Assembly: GCA_964503265.1 (NCBI GenBank)
Contig: CAZCYO010000001.1
Span: 226,064 to 290,063, forward strand
Length of the DNA stretch: 64,000 bases
Direction: 5' to 3'
From: an uncultured Gammaproteobacteria bacterium
GTDB taxonomy: Bacteria; Patescibacteriota; Microgenomatia; Levybacterales; UBA12049
Shown: piece by piece, positions 61,010-64,000 of the stretch
Layout: each line of letters begins with the position of its first letter
Position numbering within the stretch: the first letter of the stretch is position 1
Program-made: the position numbers and the translations under genes
Notes under the pieces: model-generated
Seen by the model: the letters and a program-made list of their open reading frames with translations, nothing else
Told to the model about the DNA's origin: nothing
Database searches by the model: none

Positions 61010-61036
61010 GTACCGGGGATTTGAGATCCCCGGTAC
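61010..61036. terminator. Perfect 11-bp GC-rich hairpin (GTACCGGGGAT-ttgag-ATCCCCGGTAC) between the islet 4 operon end and the ppsA start.
   Basis: Read directly from the sequence. No clear U-tract on either side. Confidence 0.35.
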
Positions 61037-61067
61037 ATCTGATTGCACTGAAATGGCGAGAGTGAGA

Positions 61068-61376
61068 TTAATAGTTGATCTGAATTCCTGAAGCTGTTTC
61101 TATGCTTTTTTTGAAGAGTTTTCCCCGCATCAGCCAATGCTGTTTGTTAGGCATTGCTTTGAACGGGACTGGCTTTTCGAGAGCGATGAAAACGCTAGAA
61201 AGAGAGATGGGCATCAAGTTGTGCGTATATCGGACACGAATCCAGACATTTGGACTCATTCCCGGTAGACGCCATTCTACGAACACGCGAGGTGACAAAT
61301 CTGGAATATTTTCCAGAGTCTCCCAGTCATCGGGTGGATTCTGAAGTAATTCGACAGGAATGTGAATCGTCGGCAT
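61068..61376 (-). CDS. Hypothetical small protein (GC-rich islet 4, ORF 2).
   Basis: AGGAGGTG SD directly upstream of ATG. 102 aa. Confidence 0.5.
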   Translation of the reverse strand: MPTIHIPVELLQNPPDDWETLENIPDLSPRVFVEWRLPGMSPNVWIRVRYTHNLMPISLSSVFIALEKPVPFKAMPNKQHWLMRGKLFKKSIETASGIQINY

Positions 61377-61386
61377 GTGGCACCTC

Positions 61387-61782
61387 CTACAGATGTGTTA
61401 TGACGATATGGTCGATGTGATCCTGCATCGAGATAAGTTGTTCATGACGCATCCGATTCTTGTTTGAGTATACGACACCTTTGATTTGCTTTTTCTTCCA
61501 GACAACCTCGATTCGAGTGATCTTTAGTGGATGGTCACTCGATTGTACATGTGCCCTGACCTGGAAAAGGTTTTTGTGATACTTTTTCCAGGAAATTACA
61601 TAGCCAGCGGCTACTGCATCAGGACAATCTACTATCGTCCAGTCACTGGGTATAGTGCCGAGAAAACGCGAGATCGGAATGGTAATCTTCAGGGGTTTTT
61701 TCAACTGACTCTCCTTTACTTTCTGTTCATCTTGAACAGGACGAGAGAAGGGGAATCTATCCCATCCTTTCTTCCTGTTCAA
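61387..61782 (-). CDS. Hypothetical small protein (GC-rich islet 4, ORF 1). Start uncertain.
   Basis: The ORF-track start is TTG without an SD. An internal AAGGAG-N7-TTG is an alternative start. Confidence 0.4.
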   Translation of the reverse strand: MNRKKGWDRFPFSRPVQDEQKVKESQLKKPLKITIPISRFLGTIPSDWTIVDCPDAVAAGYVISWKKYHKNLFQVRAHVQSSDHPLKITRIEVVWKKKQIKGVVYSNKNRMRHEQLISMQDHIDHIVITHL

Positions 61783-61912
61783 AACTATTCTTATAAAAGT
61801 GCAAAGCTAACTATGATTTCTTGTAGTATAAAACGCAAAAATGTTCTATAAGACGCGAAACTTGTTTTGATTATACTAGATTTAGAGGAAAAGTGTAAGT
61901 TATAGGATGTGA

Positions 61913-62968
61913 CTAGCTTTTTTTGAGTTCGTCTTTAAACCAATCTACCCATGGGTTGGTTGCAGGGTTTTGATCATAGCGAAGTCCTAGATAAAGTGTT
62001 AGATAACTTCCGTAAGCCAGAACTTCTAAGAAATCATCATAAATAGTGGCTCCCGAAGTCATCATCTCGTGTACGACATGATTATTTTGTTTGACGACAT
62101 CAATCGTGAGTTCCATTCTTTTTTTAATTTTAGGCGAGTAATTTGGTGAGTTAAGGACGATAAAATGAAGTGGTGATTCAGTCGGGAATTGAAGTCCTTC
62201 CATTAAGTGATGATTTAAATCTGGTACGAGATAGAAAGCTGAGAACGCTTTACTTGTTTCGTTAAACTGATTTCTAAAGATTTGACCGTTACCTGATAAA
62301 TGTTCAGCTGCGAAAATGACGGGAATTTTATTCACGAATGTTTCTGAATCCTGCATCGCTCGTGCTTTAATATTAGGAAGGTTTTCTTTGAGTCTCGTGA
62401 CAGCATCACGAATTTCACGTTCTTCGACATCTATGATACCTGTCTTATTAAGAAGTCCGATAAGACCAAGGATGGTATATCCATTTCCAAGTCGTGGAAC
62501 ACCAGCTGGATTTAATTTTCCGTCAAAGATATATGCAGGAATAGAGTTTGTTTTCGCAAATTCTGCCAACTGACCACCTTTGGTGAGAATAACCATCTTC
62601 GCACTTTTATCTTTCGCTTCCTGTGCACATGACAAAACTTCTTCAGTTGTTCCAGAATAACTAGTCAGAACCACGAGGGTGTTTTCATTAACATACGAGG
62701 GAAGGTGATAATCAGAAATTACTTCAGTTGGATATGGCATTTCTGAACCTTGAAGAGCTTTAATAACAAGTGCACCATAGACAGATGCTCCCATACCGCA
62801 GAAGACGATATTTTGAATATTTCCCAGGTCAGTCGGAAGATCAAGCGCATTCACTTGCTGCCAAGCTGCTTCCATCTGCTCAGCCATCATTTCAGTTGAG
62901 GCTACAGTATCCTGTGGATCGATTTTTTTAATTGCTTCTAAGTCAGTTAAATTTTGCATATATTTCAA
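61913..62968 (-). CDS. pgi: Bifunctional phosphoglucose/phosphomannose isomerase (SIS domain, archaeal-type PGI/PMI).
   Basis: SIS motif FCGMGASVYGAL, about 350 aa, two SIS halves. Confidence 0.75.
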   Translation of the reverse strand: MKYMQNLTDLEAIKKIDPQDTVASTEMMAEQMEAAWQQVNALDLPTDLGNIQNIVFCGMGASVYGALVIKALQGSEMPYPTEVISDYHLPSYVNENTLVVLTSYSGTTEEVLSCAQEAKDKSAKMVILTKGGQLAEFAKTNSIPAYIFDGKLNPAGVPRLGNGYTILGLIGLLNKTGIIDVEEREIRDAVTRLKENLPNIKARAMQDSETFVNKIPVIFAAEHLSGNGQIFRNQFNETSKAFSAFYLVPDLNHHLMEGLQFPTESPLHFIVLNSPNYSPKIKKRMELTIDVVKQNNHVVHEMMTSGATIYDDFLEVLAYGSYLTLYLGLRYDQNPATNPWVDWFKDELKKS

Positions 62969-63093
62969 AAAACATATAGAGTATGAAAATAACAGCCCCT
63001 ACCTTCGCGATAAAAGCTTTTGATCCCCAATATGTATCAAGTCTGAGACCCCCAATTTTATAACAAATCTCAAATAGGACTTGTCTTAAAGTA

Positions 63094-63531
63094 CTAGGAT
63101 TCTCCACGCTCTTTTGCTCGCTGCTCTTCTGTTTCATCAGGTCGTTTAAAGTCGTCCTCTAGTCTAAAAGTTGTGCCAATTTCAGGAGTAGAAACTTCGA
63201 TAACGTCACAATCAGTTATACCACAAAGTCTATGCTTTTGACCAATAAGAGACGTATATCCAACTCCTGGTTGAAGAACTGTTTCGATCAGTTCTCCTGA
63301 ATTATTCTCCCAAACAACTTTTGCTTCACCACTCATGAGTGTCCAAGATTCTTGTTTTTGATCATGTACTTGAAGTGAAAGCCGTTTCCCGGCGTCGATG
63401 TGAAGAATTTTACCCATGTAGGGAAGAGTGTCTGGTGTCCAGTGGAGTTCGTATCCCCATGGCTTTTCTACTCGTTTAATGTAGGGTTCGTTTGAAAACT
63501 GTGATTTATTAATACTGTTCAGATCAAACAT
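63094..63531 (-). CDS. Cupin-domain protein, type II mannose-6-phosphate-isomerase-like.
   Basis: RVEKPWGYE followed by an HxH metal site (LQVHDQK) typical of cupin_2/PMI type II. Confidence 0.6.
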   Translation of the reverse strand: MFDLNSINKSQFSNEPYIKRVEKPWGYELHWTPDTLPYMGKILHIDAGKRLSLQVHDQKQESWTLMSGEAKVVWENNSGELIETVLQPGVGYTSLIGQKHRLCGITDCDVIEVSTPEIGTTFRLEDDFKRPDETEEQRAKERGES

Positions 63532-63572
63532 ACAGATATACTATCACTCCTTTTTTATTAATACAATACTAT

Positions 63573-64000
63573 TTATTTATCTTTTGGAAAAATAAGTCCT
63601 TCAGATTCGTTAGCAAATATATTGGGAGTAAATGCAATGTAATTATGCATTGCTCCAGCTGAGAAATCGAGATGGAATTCATCCCCGTAGAGGTCTTTTA
63701 TAACAGCGCCTGCTTCTTCCATAAGAAAACATTCAGGAGCCGTATCCCATAGAGGTTGATCAAGTTTAATTAATACATCAATGCTGCCACTCGCTAAGTA
63801 ACTGCTTTCAACACCTGCACTGTGAGCGATTCTGGTTCGGTGTTTTTCGGCAATCGATTCAAGGTGATCTTTATATCGATCATTATAAAAATTCTTGTGC
63901 GTTAATGACACAATGCCATAATCTTTTCCAAGCGCTTCGATAGTACTGACAACAATTTTCTTTCCATCTCTGAATGCTCCTTCACCTTTTTTAGCTGAAT
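63573..64000 (-). CDS. Inositol monophosphatase / FBPase family protein. The 5' end lies beyond the window end.
   Basis: WDTAPECFLMEEAG matches the IMPase C-terminal WD-x-AAG motif. The frame stays open upstream of the track ATG through position 64000. Confidence 0.6.
   Translation of the reverse strand, partial: SAKKGEGAFRDGKKIVVSTIEALGKDYGIVSLTHKNFYNDRYKDHLESIAEKHRTRIAHSAGVESSYLASGSIDVLIKLDQPLWDTAPECFLMEEAGAVIKDLYGDEFHLDFSAGAMHNYIAFTPNIFANESEGLIFPKDK

Noticed and set aside
63909-63911. Taking the ORF-track ATG as the true start of the last gene.
   Set aside because: The minus-strand frame remains open upstream to the window edge and IMPase-family proteins are about 260 aa, so the gene is 5'-truncated by the window rather than starting here.

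Overview
The window is AT-rich, compact bacterial DNA that is dense with cell-surface glycan genes, so it may come from a CPR/Patescibacteria-type reduced genome. That placement is an inference, not a measurement.

Layout:
- 1-20.9 kb: one large glycan-assembly locus. It holds a SAM methyltransferase with a zinc ribbon, a CDP-sugar-epimerase-like SDR, several GT2 enzymes and one GT4, a Wzx-like flippase, a second methyltransferase, at least seven large polytopic GT-C-like membrane proteins, a GT87/DUF2029-like protein, an O-antigen-ligase-like protein and an Ig-like surface protein. Two proteins are single-chain GT2 plus polytopic-membrane fusions.
- 21-64 kb: mostly housekeeping genes. The complete F-type ATP synthase operon (atpBEFHAGDC, minus strand), dnaE, a GGDEF cyclase, gatCAB, murT/gatD, htpX, lemA, polX, pyrG, rplS, yraN, pyk, uvrB, lexA, rsmI, an MgtC-like protein, gpmA, eno, ppsA, PGI/PMI, a cupin and a partial IMPase-like gene.
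- Three tRNAs called by eye: Thr(CGT), Asp(GTC), Gly(CCC).

Most unusual observation: four short islets (about 0.8-1.4 kb each) with much higher GC, the codon usage of a GC-rich genome, and strong AGGAGG-type ribosome-binding sites. Each carries two or three small ORFs I cannot assign to any family, and each sits in an intergenic gap between housekeeping genes; two of them flank the ATP synthase operon. They look like horizontally acquired mini-cassettes of unknown function. One of the small proteins ends in a helix-hairpin-helix motif.

Other notable signals:
- A perfect 9-1-9 palindrome overlapping a TTGTCT-17-TATAAT promoter between the divergent uvrB and lexA genes, a candidate SOS box.
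- A family of intergenic palindromic repeats with conserved GTCAT...ATGAC ends, in at least ten copies.
- A GGTATCA x4 iteron array at helical-turn spacing.
- A truncated ATP synthase delta subunit.
- A GGDEF diguanylate cyclase.

No CRISPR array, rRNA, transposase or integrase was recognised. All calls are by eye without database searches.
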